From Phoronis australis (Eukaryota > Animalia > Phoronida): a DNA stretch of 64,000 nucleotides. The translations under genes were made by a program, and so were the position numbers. The DNA lies in assembly GCA_002633005.1 (NCBI GenBank), contig NMRA01000077.1:620001-684000 (forward strand). Direction: 5' to 3'. Positions 40,562-53,754 of the stretch are shown piece by piece; the stretch's first letter is position 1, and each line of letters starts with the position of its first letter. Under the pieces are notes generated by a model, which saw only the letters and a list, made by a program, of their open reading frames with translations, did no database searches and had not been told where the DNA came from.

Positions 40562-41829
40562 AGGGGAAGGCAACCTTTTTGCGTGTCATTTTTAGTAAAA
40601 ATATGGTTTGTTGATTATCCCAGACATATGCTTCAGTTAATTATGACTCTTCGTAATTTTGTTAATTAGTCGTGCACTACTCCGGAAGTGACATTTAGGT
40701 GGTTAAGAATTTCCCGCCATTTCGTTACTAGTGCATTCCAGTTACTGTGAGGATCTGTTCTACTGTTGTTTTTGTGCTGGTCTCCTAAAATTGTCCTCAC
40801 CACTTCCCATTAACGAGTATTCTACGACAAGCTGAGGTTGTTAGATAACTCAGTTACATTGGATTTAGGAGTCTTTTAGTTTGTAGTAGCAGTGGGAGGA
40901 TATATGATTGAACCCAAGTATAGTGAGGCAGAATACAGACAGCTGTTGAGAGGGATGAGGCAGAAAAGGAGGACAGATGTGGTGGGATGTCTTGGTGCAA
41001 ATGCAGGGTGTGCCTTGTTATGTAGACCTCAGTGGAATGCCTATGCTGTTCCCACTGGATGGTGACCTGAGCACCCAAGCTGCTTACATCCAGCCATGTG
41101 ACACACTTGGCACCTTATAAATAGCTCCAATATTTTAGTCAAGTCCACAAACTTATCAAAGTATGGCTCACCGGCCAACAATTCACTAGACTATAAACAG
41201 TACTCCCCACTGGCTGTCGAACTGCGCGACGAGGCACTGCCGGGAATCAAAAGGGACAGTATGGCACCCTTCTCCAGGTGTTGTTTTGCAGGAACCTTCA
41301 TCAATTCTGAGTTCACATCTCTTTCGTAATCTAAGGGTATAAAATGCTTGCCACACACTGGGTAATTCTCTACTGCTTTTTATGTTGTGTGGACGGTAAC
41401 GTTGCGTGGACGGTAACGTTGCGTGGACGGTAATGCTGCGTTCTTCACACAAACAGGCCAAGTATGGTGGGGCGTGTCATCTTTTGGAAAGCGGTGTAAT
41501 CGCTTACCCAAAGTGTGCAAGATGATAATGAGTACACCCCAGTATGCAGCAACCGTGTGGCATGTTGACTGACTTGTAAACAAACGCAAAGGACAACTGC
41601 ACTCATCACAACCGAGGTAAAACAATGATTGACTCAAAAAGTCACACAGTCAGACTATATGAAATCGAAATGGCGGGAAATTCTTAACCCCCTAAACGTC
41701 ATTTCCGGAGTAAAGCACGACTAATTAATACAGTTACGGGAACGTGTAATTAACTGAAACAAATATCTGGGATAATCAACGATCCGTATTTTATTCTAAA
41801 AATGACATGAAAAAAGGTTGCCTTCTCCT
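40562..41829 (-). mobile_element. Kolobok-like DNA transposon deletion derivative
   Basis: TTAA|AGGGGAAGGCAACC ... GGTTGCCTTCTCCT|TTAA; imperfect TIRs about 160 bp; internal THAP remnant on the - strand. Confidence 0.85.
41250..41563 (-). pseudogene. THAP DNA-binding domain remnant (transposase N-terminus)
   Basis: MPHGCCILGC..., GKRLHRFPKDD....W, VCGKHFIPLDYERD...LEKGAILS give the C2CH THAP signature; broken by a frameshift and a 17-bp triplication (41388-41440). Confidence 0.75.
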
Positions 41830-42954
41830 TTAAATTGTTAAATGCAGCATAGTTTTACTAGTTCCTTTTGTGTAATGTCCTGTTATTTTTAAACTCTATG
41901 ACTGTAAAGAAATACAATTAAAAAGATTAAAAACAATTAGAAATTGGACTTTATTATTCACTAAATCCCTCGCCATTCTCTCACTGTGCAACATATAAAG
42001 AAGTGATGTCAAAGACGTTTGACGTCAATTCTGTAACATCAATCTTAGCATAACAGAAGAATTTGGCAAATTTGATTGACAGTGTTCATGATTACATTAA
42101 AATATGTTTTTATGTGTTTTGTAAATGTTCATTGTGATTCTGGCCCTGCCCACAGTGTACCCAGTGTCAGGTTTGATTGGAGTAGGAAGTTAAGAGGAAA
42201 TGTTCTTTTTCCAAGCAATCTAGCGCTGTTCAATACTACACTAATATTTGTGCAGAAACAGCATGGTTTTTGAACTCGAACCTTTTGAACTCTAACCTTT
42301 GAATAGATGCTTTCAAGATTCTAAAACTTTGTTTGGAAAAACTTGCTCTGAGGCTGCATGGTAAGTAACACAAAAATGACTGATTACTTTGTGATACAAA
42401 GCCAACTCAAACTATGTTCTGATGCCAATTCAATGTTTCTGCACCATGGGTTGTTCTGTATTACTATTACAATTGTTTTTAAAACATTGTCTTGCCCTGC
42501 AGCCTTTAATGGGGACTGAAATATTGGGAAATTGTTCAGCCTCACTAGACTTGGGTGGTCTTGAACCTTGTGGGGTCTGGTTTCAGATTACAATTCTTTT
42601 ATTGGTAGCTAGGTTGTATTGGTTGCACACAACTTGTACCACCCTAACAAACATGGGGACTATTTCCAGTGTGTGTGTGTATTGGTTGCACACAACTTGT
42701 ACCACCTTCACAAACATGGACACTTTCCCACTGGGCTTGCGTTTGCTGCGATTGCAGGATATTCCCTCTGTGTGGCTTTGCTGGTGTTTTTCAAATGCAT
42801 TGCTGGATGTTTGTCCACTCGTAAACATCCAATGGCATCAAAACAACTTGTGGAGATGTGTAATTTATGTTTTGGATTTAAGTTGGATGTACCTTGGAAA
42901 TCTCTCACTAAAAAGTTGCTAATCTAATGATACTTGATTGATAGAGGTTCACAT

Positions 42955-44345
42955 TCATTTTTATACCATAATCCCTATCTATCCGTCTGGCACCTGTCCA
43001 GCTGCTTTATCTCCAAAACCCTTAAATGTATGTTCGTGAAATTTCATGGATGGGACAGCATGAGCAAACTTTTTCACGGATCCGACTACTGGTGTACCCC
43101 CTAGTTGCAATTTAGTTTTTTACGTTTACCACTGTATATTCAAACTAAGGTTCTCGACAAATTTTCATTAAATTTGGCAGATAGGCTTCTATTGATATGG
43201 CAACATCCTTCCGTTTGCGTATGAATTTGGGGTATTTAGTGCCACCTATTTTTTCTGTCTTTTGCATCTGGTTTTTGGAATTCGCCCCTCTATCAACCAA
43301 ACCACTCTAAGGATGATTGTGAAAATTGGCATTTATGCTCCTACTGTGAAGCTGACGATGATTTTCGGTCGACTTTGACTCCTGTGGTGCCTCCTACTGT
43401 GGCAGTTTTTTTTGCGCCCATGACTATATCTCCTAAACCCTCTGCAAGATCTTCATTACATTTAGCAAGTGTTTTTACATGAAGTTGACAACTTAAGGGT
43501 GACGACTTTCGGATGGATCCGATGAACGCTGTTCCCCTTGTGGCAGTTTCAGTTTTTTCCATTTTCCTCTGTTTCTCTGAAGCTTCTTGACGGATTTTTA
43601 TGAAATTTGGTAAACAGTTTTCTATTAAAGAAGCGATGACTTGCTCCCATTTTCGAATGGATTCGACGTATTTTGCACCTTCTAGTGGTCATTTTTAATG
43701 TTGTCTAGTCTGTTTTCGGCATCCACCCCTCTATAAATTTAAAACCACTCTAAGGATGATTTTGAAAATTGGTGTTGTTTCTATTGTGAAGAGGATGGCT
43801 GATGATTTTCGGATGACTCGGCACCTCCTATTGCCATTTTTTGTGTCTATGGCTGTATCTCCCTAAACGCTCTGCGAGATCTTTATTAAACTTGGCAAGT
43901 GTATTTATATGAAGTTGGCAACGGGCAACGATGGACATTGAATGGATCCGACTACCGCTGTGCCCCCTAGTGGCAATTTTATTTTTTCATTGTCCTCTGT
44001 ATCTTAGAAACTTCTTGACAGATTTTTATGAAATTTAATAAATGGTTTCTATTAAAGACTCAACAGGTTCTCATTTTCAGATAGATTTGACATATAGAGG
44101 CTGTTTTTATTATCATGAAATTTTGCAAATAGGTTTCTATTAAGGAGACGAGGGCGCCTTCTCATTTTCGGGTGAATTTGATGTATTCTGCACCAGTGGT
44201 TCCTAATGGCAATTTTTTTACGTTGACCTTTGTATATTTGGAGTTCTTTGACGGATTTTCAAGAAATTTGGCAAATAATCTTGAGAGAAGACATCTTCCC
44301 ACTTTTGGATGGGTTCAATATATTCTGTGCCAGCCCATCTGATGG
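42955..44345 (+). mobile_element. HINE family B, diverged copy with internal ~145-bp tandem units
   Basis: T-rich start, degenerate (GTCC)n, and units homologous to 44350-45600. Confidence 0.75.
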
Positions 44346-46316
44346 CCATTTTTATGTGGACGCATTATGCCGTAATAGTCATCCGTCCGTCCGTCCGTCC
44401 GTCCAGCGTGTGCTGCTCTATCTCCAAACCGTTTGACGTATGTTTATGAAATTTTGCACGTCTTCCTTTCATAGATGGGACGGCATAAGCGAACTTTCGG
44501 ATGGATCCGACTACCCGTGTGTCCCCTAGTGGCAATTTTAGTTTTTTAAGTTTACCTCTGTATCTTCAAAGGTCCTCAACGTATTTTCATAAAATTTGGC
44601 ATATAGGCATCTATTAGTGAGATGGCACTATCCTCCCGTTGTCGGATAGATTTGACGTAGTTTGTGCCACCTAGTGGCCATTTTTACTATTTTCGAGTCT
44701 TTTTGGCGTCCACCCCTCTATCAACCAAACCGCTTTAAGAATGATTGTGAAAATTGGCATTGTGTTCTTGACAGCTGATGAGAATTTTCCGATGACTTCG
44801 ACTTCTGTGGTGCCTCCTAGTGGCAGTTTTTTTTGCGCCCATGGCTATATCTCCTAAACCGTTTGCAGGATCTTTACTAAATTTAGCAAGTGTATTTATA
44901 TGATGTTGACAATGGACAGCGACAAATTTCGGATGGTATGGCTACCGGTGTGCTCCCTAGTGGCAATTTTAGTTTTTTTACTTTTACCTCTGAATCTTCA
45001 AAGGTCCTCGACGTATTTTCATAAAATGTGGCATATAGGCATCTATTAGTGAGATGGCGCTATCCTCCCATTTTTGGATGGATTTGATGTAGTTTGCACC
45101 ACCTAGTGGCCATTTTTACTGTTTTCGAGTATTTTTGTTGGCATCCACCCCTCTATCCACCAAACCGCTCTAAGGATGATTGTGTAATCTTGCTATCAAG
45201 AGGAAGGCTTATAATGATTTTCCGATGAGTTCAACCACTGTGGCGCCTCCTAGTGGGAGTTTTTATTTTCTTTGCTTCCATAGCTGTATCTCCTGATAAG
45301 ATCTTTACTAAATTTAGCAAGTGTATTTATATGATGGTGACAATGTACGACCACGACTTTCAGACGGATTTGACTACCGGTTTGCCACCTAGTGGCAATT
45401 TTAGCTGTTACATTTACCTCTGTATCTTCAAATGTCCTTAACGGATTTTCATAAAGTTTGGAAATAGGCATCTATTGGTGAGATGACGCTATCCTCCACT
45501 TTTCGGATGAAATAGAGGTATTTTGCGTCACCTAGTGGCCATTTTTGCTGTTTTTGAGTCCACCCTCTATCAACCACTCCATTCTAAGAATAATAAAAAT
45601 TGGTGTATACCGTAAACGTTTGGGTTAACGCCCATGTTCACTTGATCACCCATCTTCAACTTTAAGCAGATTTCCGATTTAAGCACCCACTGCTTGGTTA
45701 ACTGCCCCTCTGCGATGTTTGAAGATTTCCAGTTAAGCGCCCACCTCTCGGTTAAGCACCCATCCCCGACTTTTTAAGGAAACACACGATTGCCGCACTT
45801 AGATACAGATGGATGATCACAATGAGTGCAATGATGCTGGTGACAATGAGTGCAATGATGCTGGTGACAATGAGTGCAATGATGCTGGTGACAATGAGTG
45901 CAATGATGCTGGTGACGGTGGTTTGGCAATGTGAATTACAATACAAGTAATGAATTACTGTCCCAGGACAGATTTGTATGAAATTTGGTAAGTAGTTTTC
46001 TATCAGAGAAGTGATGGCACTTCCCGTTTTCGGATGTATCGGACATTTTTGCGCCATCTAGTGGCCATTTTTATGATGCGAATAATCAACCCTAGACACA
46101 CCCTGTTCGTGGTGCATTCGTGGGTGCATTTCAACGGTCGGTGTTGGTCTTGTATATGATACATATAATCACCCCTAGAAGCACACCATTTGCGATGCAG
46201 TCGTGGGTGCATTTCAATGGTCGGTGTTGGTCTTGTATATGATACATATAATCACCCCTAGAAGCCATTTGCGATGCAGTCGTGGGCGTATTTAAATGCT
46301 TCTCATTGCTCTTGTT
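44346..46316 (+). mobile_element. HINE family B, long copy with a ~145-bp satellite core (3-unit ~432-bp higher-order repeat)
   Basis: GTGGACGCATT subterminal repeat and (CCGT)n; CTAGTGG at 44526, 44671, 44817, 44957, 45103, 45250, 45389 and 45532; 3' CGTGGG(T/C)G(C/T)ATTT...CTCTTGTT end duplicated at 46110-46316; foreign insert at 45608-45970. Confidence 0.85.
45819..45915. repeat. 24-bp unit ACAATGAGTGCAATGATGCTGGTG, 4 copies
   Basis: Direct reading; the unit is single-copy in the paralogue near 29888. Confidence 0.93.
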
Positions 46317-48387
46317 TTATTTCTCTTTGATAGTTACTTTGTCATACTGTCATCAAAAATGATGTAATGGAGCTGTGCTTTCAGTTCGGTGTGCTTAAGT
46401 GACAAATGTTGCTTCTTTCGCCAAGTTATCTGTGATCATGTCACCATCCTACAATGTTTTTGAAAAACTGCAGCAGTGCCATAGATGAAATCCACCAAAC
46501 TGTAGTGAGAATGTGCCCATGGAGATCTTGTCTAGTGCCTGTCCATTCTACAGGTATTGGGTTCAGTGGTGCCCTGTCCTGACCCAACCCCACAGTGTAA
46601 TGTGCTTAATGCGTGATGGGTAATGACAGGGCCAGTATAAGGATATCATTCCTGTCTCAGATATTCCAGAGGTGGATGTAGAAGTGCATGTCATTGTTTG
46701 ATCTGTTAGCACCAGCCACAGAATTAGATTTTATGCAAGGTTTCGATGAGAGATTTTTCTGACCATCTTCAGAGAAGTAGAGAAATGGCAAGCCAAAATC
46801 TCATGAAAGATTCACTGTTGGACGTGCTGCCAATTAAAAGACCAATTTTAACTCCCGGAAAAAGTGATTACATTGTAATATCCCAGGTGCACGCCCTCTG
46901 TCAAAAACAACGAAGTACCCCTCCCCCAAGCTCCATATGTATTGTCATACAATTCCCCTATGTGTATAACAACATATTGCAGATCCAGCTAAATATCTAC
47001 CTAACAGCTCACCGGCTACTTTGACTGGCTTTAACCGTAAGTGATCGCCACGCCCACCAAGGCATGCCACGCCCACCAAGGCATGCCACACCCACTCCAG
47101 CATGCCATGTCTCTCTAGCTTCTTACACTCATTCAAACTTGTCCCATCCTGCGCTCACAGGTTTGTTGGGTCTACTGAACAGTGTGTGTCATACTGTCTA
47201 GTTTGGCTATCCAATCTCTTTTGAAATTGAGAAATACCTTTTAATTCTTAACCTTTTCAGCACACAATGAAGCCAACAACTGAAAATTTATTATGTTAAA
47301 TTTCTCATTGAAAATAAACAGTTAGAAATTACTGTCTATATTAGCTTGGTTTGTACTTTCTTTAAGTCATAAAACAACATTAGATAAAGTTTCCAGATAA
47401 AATCAGTTGTTGAAGAAAAAAGACAATTTTGGCGATTATTTGTTGTGAAATGAGCGAAGTACCATTAAGATAGAACACAAAAAGATATCAATTCTATATT
47501 TTTATCAAATGTGGTATTTGTATTTTTAATGTAATCTTTAACTGACCATTGTTTTTGTAGTTATTTTTGTCACTTTTACCTTTGTAGTTTCTACTGAACT
47601 TAATAATTGTGAGTTAGTACTTTACATTCCTTAGTCTTACATTTGTATGTTCATAGATTAGTCACATAGAATGCTTCAGGTATCTCAAATTAACAGTTTT
47701 TCATAATTTCTGTAGATATGTTTGTGTTTGGTGCATAACTATTCATTGTTCTCCTACTGTAATTTCTAGTAAGTTTGAGATATGCAGCACAGGTAATTCA
47801 CTTAACCCTCTCTAAGCAAAAACTCAGTCAGGGTAATACGAGAGTCACACCTTGGATTCATCCAATTTCAAGTTAAAAATAACCTGGATAGACATCAACC
47901 TTGCTATTGAATGGCTGTAACCCTCATAATTCCAATTATTGTATCAGTTCTCATGAAGGGTCTTCACTTCCTCACACCTGTCAGTGTTATCTTCTGTTTC
48001 CAAGCATGGCATGAATGCCCTGCACTCCTGTGTGCTACAATGGTCACATAGAAATGGTGTGTGAGATCAGCTGACATGTAATTCCCCCTGGTGGCCATTC
48101 AAGTCCCGTCTAGTACACAGCTTACCTGGAAATGATATGAGGTTAACAGGTTTATGGTTCCTCCTGGTGGTCAATCACACTGTCTTGTTGGTGAATTGTA
48201 TCATATAAGTCAATGGAAGAACACCTTCACTTGCATATATGACCATTAGATTTTTATGTTATATTGGCATATTACTGGATGAAAGTTAAATGGTGTGTGA
48301 ATTCAACAACAGCACGTAGGGTTTACCACTGATAAGACATGTCGCATTAAATTTACTTACTAAGTGGTGTCATCGTTATTGTTTTAG

Positions 48388-48572
48388 GTCGGCACAAGAG
48401 TTTCAAGCTGCGCCTGCCGTCAATACGACGTGACATAAGGGGTAAGACACAGAATAACAATGACGCGGAGAATCCGGTTGAGAAGAATGCTATCCCTCTG
48501 GAGGATATGTCCCCTAGGATCGAAGATGCCAACTCCATTGACAAGATGCCAGTGGAGTGCAGGATGTCTGAA
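48388..48572 (+). CDS. KCNH2: ERG channel N-terminal linker exon
   Basis: Acceptor gttttag| and donor GAA|gtaagg; 185 bp, phase 1 to 0, open frame. SRHKSFKLRLPSIRRDIRGKTQ...CRMSE; RHKSFKLRLP resembles hERG RAKTFRLKLP. Confidence 0.85.
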
Positions 48573-48644
48573 GTAAGGCATTCTCAAGAGCGTATTGTTT
48601 GTTTTGGATGTGCTTTAAACATGGACGGTATCAACTGGTGACAG

Positions 48645-48904
48645 TTCATGTAGAAGTTGTCCCAAGGACATCATGATTGCACAGAAACAAATAAATATAC
48701 TTAAATATTCATGTAGAAGTTGTCCCAAGGACATCATGATTGCACAGAAACAAATAAACATACTTAAATATTCATGTAGAAGTTGTCCCAAGGACATCAT
48801 GATTGCACAGAAACAAATAAACATACTTAAATATTCATGTAGAAGTTGTCCCAAGGACATCATTATTGCACAGAAACAAATAAACATACTTAAATATTCA
48901 TGTA
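48645..48904. repeat. Minisatellite, 63-bp unit, about 4 copies
   Basis: TCATGTAGAAGTTGTCCCAAGGACATCATGATTGCACAGAAACAAATAAACATACTTAAATAT repeated. Confidence 0.96.
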
Positions 48905-49163
48905 TTCGTATTTACCATAAACAACATGTAAGTTACCAAGTTAAGTGCCTCCATGGATGATGCCTGTTCATTGGTAAATGCTTTCCAACAAATTCTTTTC
49001 CGAAATCGTACACTTGAGGAGGCTTTCACGTAAGTTTCTAGAGAATAATTTCCCATTACTTTTATTATTACTGTGACTGATGTCCCAAGTGATGTCCAGT
49101 CTAGTGGAGTATACTACGACTTCTCAATGTATTGTTCCTAAGTTAATTTTACTCCCTTTGTAG

Positions 49164-49302
49164 GGTAGCCGGGATAGTCCAAACAGCGGGGGGAGTTCCA
49201 GTGTGCGCAAAGTCACCTCACTGGAGAGGATCAACTGTACAGATGCCAAAATGTCAATGCAACAAGACCCATTTATACAAAAAGCTTCAACCTTCGATGC
49301 AG
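49164..49302 (+). CDS. KCNH2: ERG channel N-terminal linker exon
   Basis: Acceptor ccctttgtag| and donor CAG|gtaaga; 139 bp, phase 0 to 1, frame-compatible with both neighbours. GSRDSPNSGGSSSVRKVTSLERINCTDAKMSMQQDPFIQKASTFDA; SVRKVTSLERI resembles hERG SVRRASSADDI. Confidence 0.82.
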
Positions 49303-49966
49303 GTAAGATGGTTCTGTTTCGAACATTGAGGTGTATATTTGTGTTTTATGACATGGTTTGACAGAACCACATATGTTGACATCATGTGACATCTTTGTGC
49401 ATCTTGTAAGATGTTCTTTCTTAGAAATCCAGTAGAAGTGTGTGTATCTCTCTTACCTATTTGTTTAATGCACTGTCTTGTGATTTATTTTTGAACTCAT
49501 CACCTTCGTGCATTTTGTGAGATGTTCTTTCCAGGAAATCCAGTAGTCCTGCGTTCTTCCACATTACCAGGAAGACATTACCAGGAGGGGATGATTTTCT
49601 TGTATTTTAATGTGTTTTCGAATGTAATTAAAATGAACCATTCAAGTTGTCAACAATCTTAACAAGGTGAAAGTATTAACCTACACTACTACCAATAGAT
49701 GGGGCTGTTGTTTGTTTTGCGTCTCCTGTGTTAGAGGTGTTCTGTTTGGTCGTTTCTGTTTTCTCGATGTCGTCTGACAGAGTTGTGATGTGACTCTCAT
49801 TGAATTTACCAGATGTTACTGTTAATGTAAATTTACCTGTTTCACCTATTGTTGTATTAGTTGTCTCGCATTGTTACTCAAGCCTTGCGCTACAAAATGA
49901 CCCCATTTGGTTCCCTGAAGATCAGTGGTGTTGGGGCACTTTGAATATGATATGTTTTATCCCTAT

Positions 49967-51468
49967 AGACCCAATTCACGCCGACAGGAGGCGCGTTTCA
50001 AAACGAGGCTCGCTACGATAGCTCTGTTAGCTTATCGGCATAGCTGTGTATTTCAGTCCACGTTGCTCCGCAAACGGCTAGAAAAAATACAGACACTCAA
50101 CTGTCTGCTTTACAATCCCTAAAGACGTTGAGATTTGGAAGCGTTGGGTCGTTGCGATACGCCGCGACAAAGCAAAATATGTCCGTGTAAAATTTATAAA
50201 TGTTTTCAAAAAGTTAGATCACATTTTGTCACATCTCGGTTGTCAAGCATCATAGTAATGACCGGAGAATGGGCCAGACAGGTTGTGTTTTTATGACTAC
50301 GGGTTGAAGCATTATAATTTCTCTTTCCAAAAAGGACAGGGCCCTCAATCCCTCAAATTTGGGACCCAATATCGGCCCTATTCCCCTCTCAAAAATACTG
50401 AAATATCACGCGAAATTCCCCCCACGAGGCACAAAAATTCCCCTAGTGAAAAATCTCTATGAGTTCACATCACCTGTAACCACACAGGTGACAATTTTTA
50501 AGAGCAGAAAAGAAAGGCTACTTTAAATTGAGACAGAGCCTATTAGAGCTTGCAACAGGGGGGGTGCCATTGATGGTGAGCGGGAGGTAGATTGTTCCCG
50601 CCCTTACTCGGCGAAAAAATCGCCTCTCAGTAGGCACTGGCACCTTTCCCCTCGGATGAACGAGGCTCCTGGAGAAACATGATAACTATGATTGCATTGT
50701 CCAGTTAACTGAAATTGAGTTCTAAAACGAGGTTATTCTTTGGACGAACGAATTAGGTGTTTTAATTTTAAAATTCAACTTAGTCCAGATTGATATTTGA
50801 AACCTAACACATGAAATAGACGTAAGAATTATTACAACCAAGAAAACAGAATTGATGGTCAAATAATTTTTATTTTCAATTACGAGCTTGGTTTTTATTT
50901 TAATAAAAAATATATTTAATAACATCAATTATTCTTTCAGATCAATGACAAATCAACTGTTAGTCCCAGTGGGTGCATAGGAAATCAGGCTATGTGTGAT
51001 GTTAATATTCTTGATCAACAAATTAAACCAGATGTGACTAATTGCAGATGACAGCCACCACTGTCGAATATGTCTTCAACTCGTCAACAATGCGAGCAGA
51101 TGACCTGGTTCGCGTAGAAAGTATTTTGATCAACAATTTACAAGAAAAAACGTAACCCTGCATTCAGCATAATACCTAATCCGTAACGCTACGATGGCCA
51201 CAATTTGGTCATATTTACTTTTCGTGTTTCAAACCTAGTTTTCCGAAAAAAATTAAACCCTTTCATCAGACAACTCTTTGGCGCCTTAACTTGTTCTCTA
51301 ATGTTATTTTCTACGTCTATGTGGTTAATTGTCGACACGTTATTAAAATTTAATATCCAGGTTGGACTCGAAAGACCGGTTATTTAACTCACGCAATGTC
51401 AACTTCCGCTTTGTTTATCGCAGTGAGCCTCGCTTTGGATTTTAATGTCCGCCGTGTGAATTGGGTCT
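49967..51468 (+). mobile_element. ISL2EU-like (Harbinger-related) deletion derivative
   Basis: AT|AGACCCAATTCAC ... GTGAATTGGGTCT|AT; THAP remnant FTIPKDVEIWKRWVVAIRRDKAKY at about 50105-50185. Confidence 0.78.
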
Positions 51469-52006
51469 ATACAAGAGACAGCTCTTCCTGTGGCAAAGCC
51501 ATGGATGTAGGCTTTATGAAATGTGACCTCTCTAATTGGTCACCTTACCTGACCTCCATCTGGGGTTGCAGAAGTGACCTCCATCTGGGGCTGCTTAAGT
51601 TTGACAGAAACCTGACATTTTATCAATAAATAACTTCTTTTGAATAAGTTTCAGGCATACTGAAGACATGATAGGGATACCCTAATAATTCTATCTTTGG
51701 CCCAAACGAGTTTAAGTAGGTGTCGGAAATACTGGGTAGCTTTTCAGTATGCAGGTAAAACTGTATTAGATTACAGCACCATCTATACATCAACAATATC
51801 CCAGACAAGTGTGTGGGAATTTTAATTTTTTTGAATGCGTAATTACGCTGTTATTTTAAGCCATAAAATAAAGAATCTGGTCACATTCTGTGGTAAAAGT
51901 TCTAATGACTTTAATTATTTCCTTCTCTCTTAAACATTACTTCAATTACTTTAATTTGTAAAAACTTCAGAAAATGGTTGTTTAGCCACTTGACTCTTCC
52001 TGGTAA

Positions 52007-52148
52007 TGTCTGCTCAATACTGTCTGCTCAATATTTTCTGCTCAATATTGTCTGCTCAATATTGTCTGCTCAATATTGTCTGCTCAATATTGTCTGCTCA
52101 ATATTGTCTGCTCAATATTGTCTGCTCAATATTGTCTGCTCAATATTG
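52007..52148. repeat. 14-bp unit TGTCTGCTCAATAT, about 10 copies
   Basis: Direct reading. Confidence 0.96.
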
Positions 52149-53754
52149 CTAATTTATTTCACACTTTAGTTTATCTTTTGTAGTCATTGGTCCAGCCACA
52201 TTTGTGTGACGTCTTTGTGCATTTTGTGAGATTCTCTTCCTGAGAAATCGTGTAATCTATTTTGATGTGTTTCACAGGTTTGGTTTTATTTTTTGAACTC
52301 GCCAGTCTAACCACATTTGTATGATGTCTTTGTGCATTTTGTCAGATGTCTGTCTTCAGAATTCATGTTGTTTTTCCAAATTATTATTCACTTGTTTCAT
52401 GTTTCACTGTTGTTTCTTCTTGCTGGCAAAATTCATTAAAAAATGTGATTGGGAGATAAAAACTTCTTCATCTAGGCTGGACAATAGTTTTGTTCTGTTT
52501 GTACTATTTCAAAAAAGTTTCACATTTGAAAAAAATGCAAAAAGTACGAAATGGTCATATTTTCAATGAGTCTTGCCTGCGTACAACCATTAGTATAATT
52601 TCCTATGTTAATGAATGTACGATTTGCAAACTGAGAAGCTAAAAATTCATTGAGGGGTGCTGTTAAAACAGTCCTGGAGCAATTCTTCTACACGTGGTGG
52701 CTAGAGAGTGCTTTTGAACATTCAGAATGGCAATACATTGGCAAATATGTACCTGGCCTACCTGGCACATGACCTATAATGCCCTCCCGGCAACACTTTT
52801 CTTTACCCGTGGCCAAGTTCAGCTTAGTGAAGCCTGTTATTTGTACAGTAAAATACACGAAATCATTCTATTCTTGGACTTCTGCTTACAAAGTGTATAC
52901 TTGGTGGATTTTGTTAAGACCTCTTATTTGAGAGTCGTTTTGTTTCTTTTGTTCTATGTTGCGCTGCATAAAGCCATAGAAAATATTTTATGAGGTACAT
53001 AGCTCCGCATTATACGATAAATTATGCTGTAATCTCCAAAATTGGATTGACAGCATGTTTAATAAATACGTGTATCATGGTGGTACTTTTTACGTGATGA
53101 CATTCTGTAGTCATCTATCTCTGTGTGTGGTGTTCATAGGATTAAGATGCAGTAAGCCACCTAAACTCAGGAAAGTGTGCAGCCAATGTGCAGCTGGTCA
53201 TGAAACTAAACAATGTGATTTGTGTTGGTTGTGTCGCAACTATTGTGGATCTTTTATGTAATCTCTTGTTGATTTTGCACAAAAATAATTGCCAAAACTG
53301 CAATTTTGCCCGTTTAAAAAGTCTGACTAGGTTGTTAAAAATATATAAAATTTTACCGAAGTTTTCATTTATGATAGTACAAACCAAACGAGTGATGAAG
53401 TCACTTTTATTTTTTGGAAAAATGACATGTTTATCAAAGTGTGCGCTGGATTGAAGCGCATTGAAACAGCATGTAGTACAATGGGATGTTATGCTAATCA
53501 CGTGATTTCTAGTGGTGTGTTAATGACACTAATTTTCTTATTTCTTACGTACAAAGAGTCACACTACTCAATGATAGATAAACAGAGGAAAAGTAGCACC
53601 ATGAGTATGCGAGGTATTGCCAAGCTGAGTAATATTTAAGCAGTAATCTATGCTTTGAGGCAACCTGTTCCAGATAAGCAATCATGTTACATTCAAGCAA
53701 GTATGTTAGAAAATAATGAACGTTTAGATGTATTTTGGTTGTCAGTAACCCACA

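Noticed and set aside
42422-42927. 166-aa ORF or possible LINE reverse-transcriptase relic
   Set aside because: Contains a local duplication and has no convincing RT motif; too weak to call.
48615-48960. ORFs with 21-aa repeats on both strands
   Set aside because: Translation of a 63-bp intronic minisatellite; no splice support.
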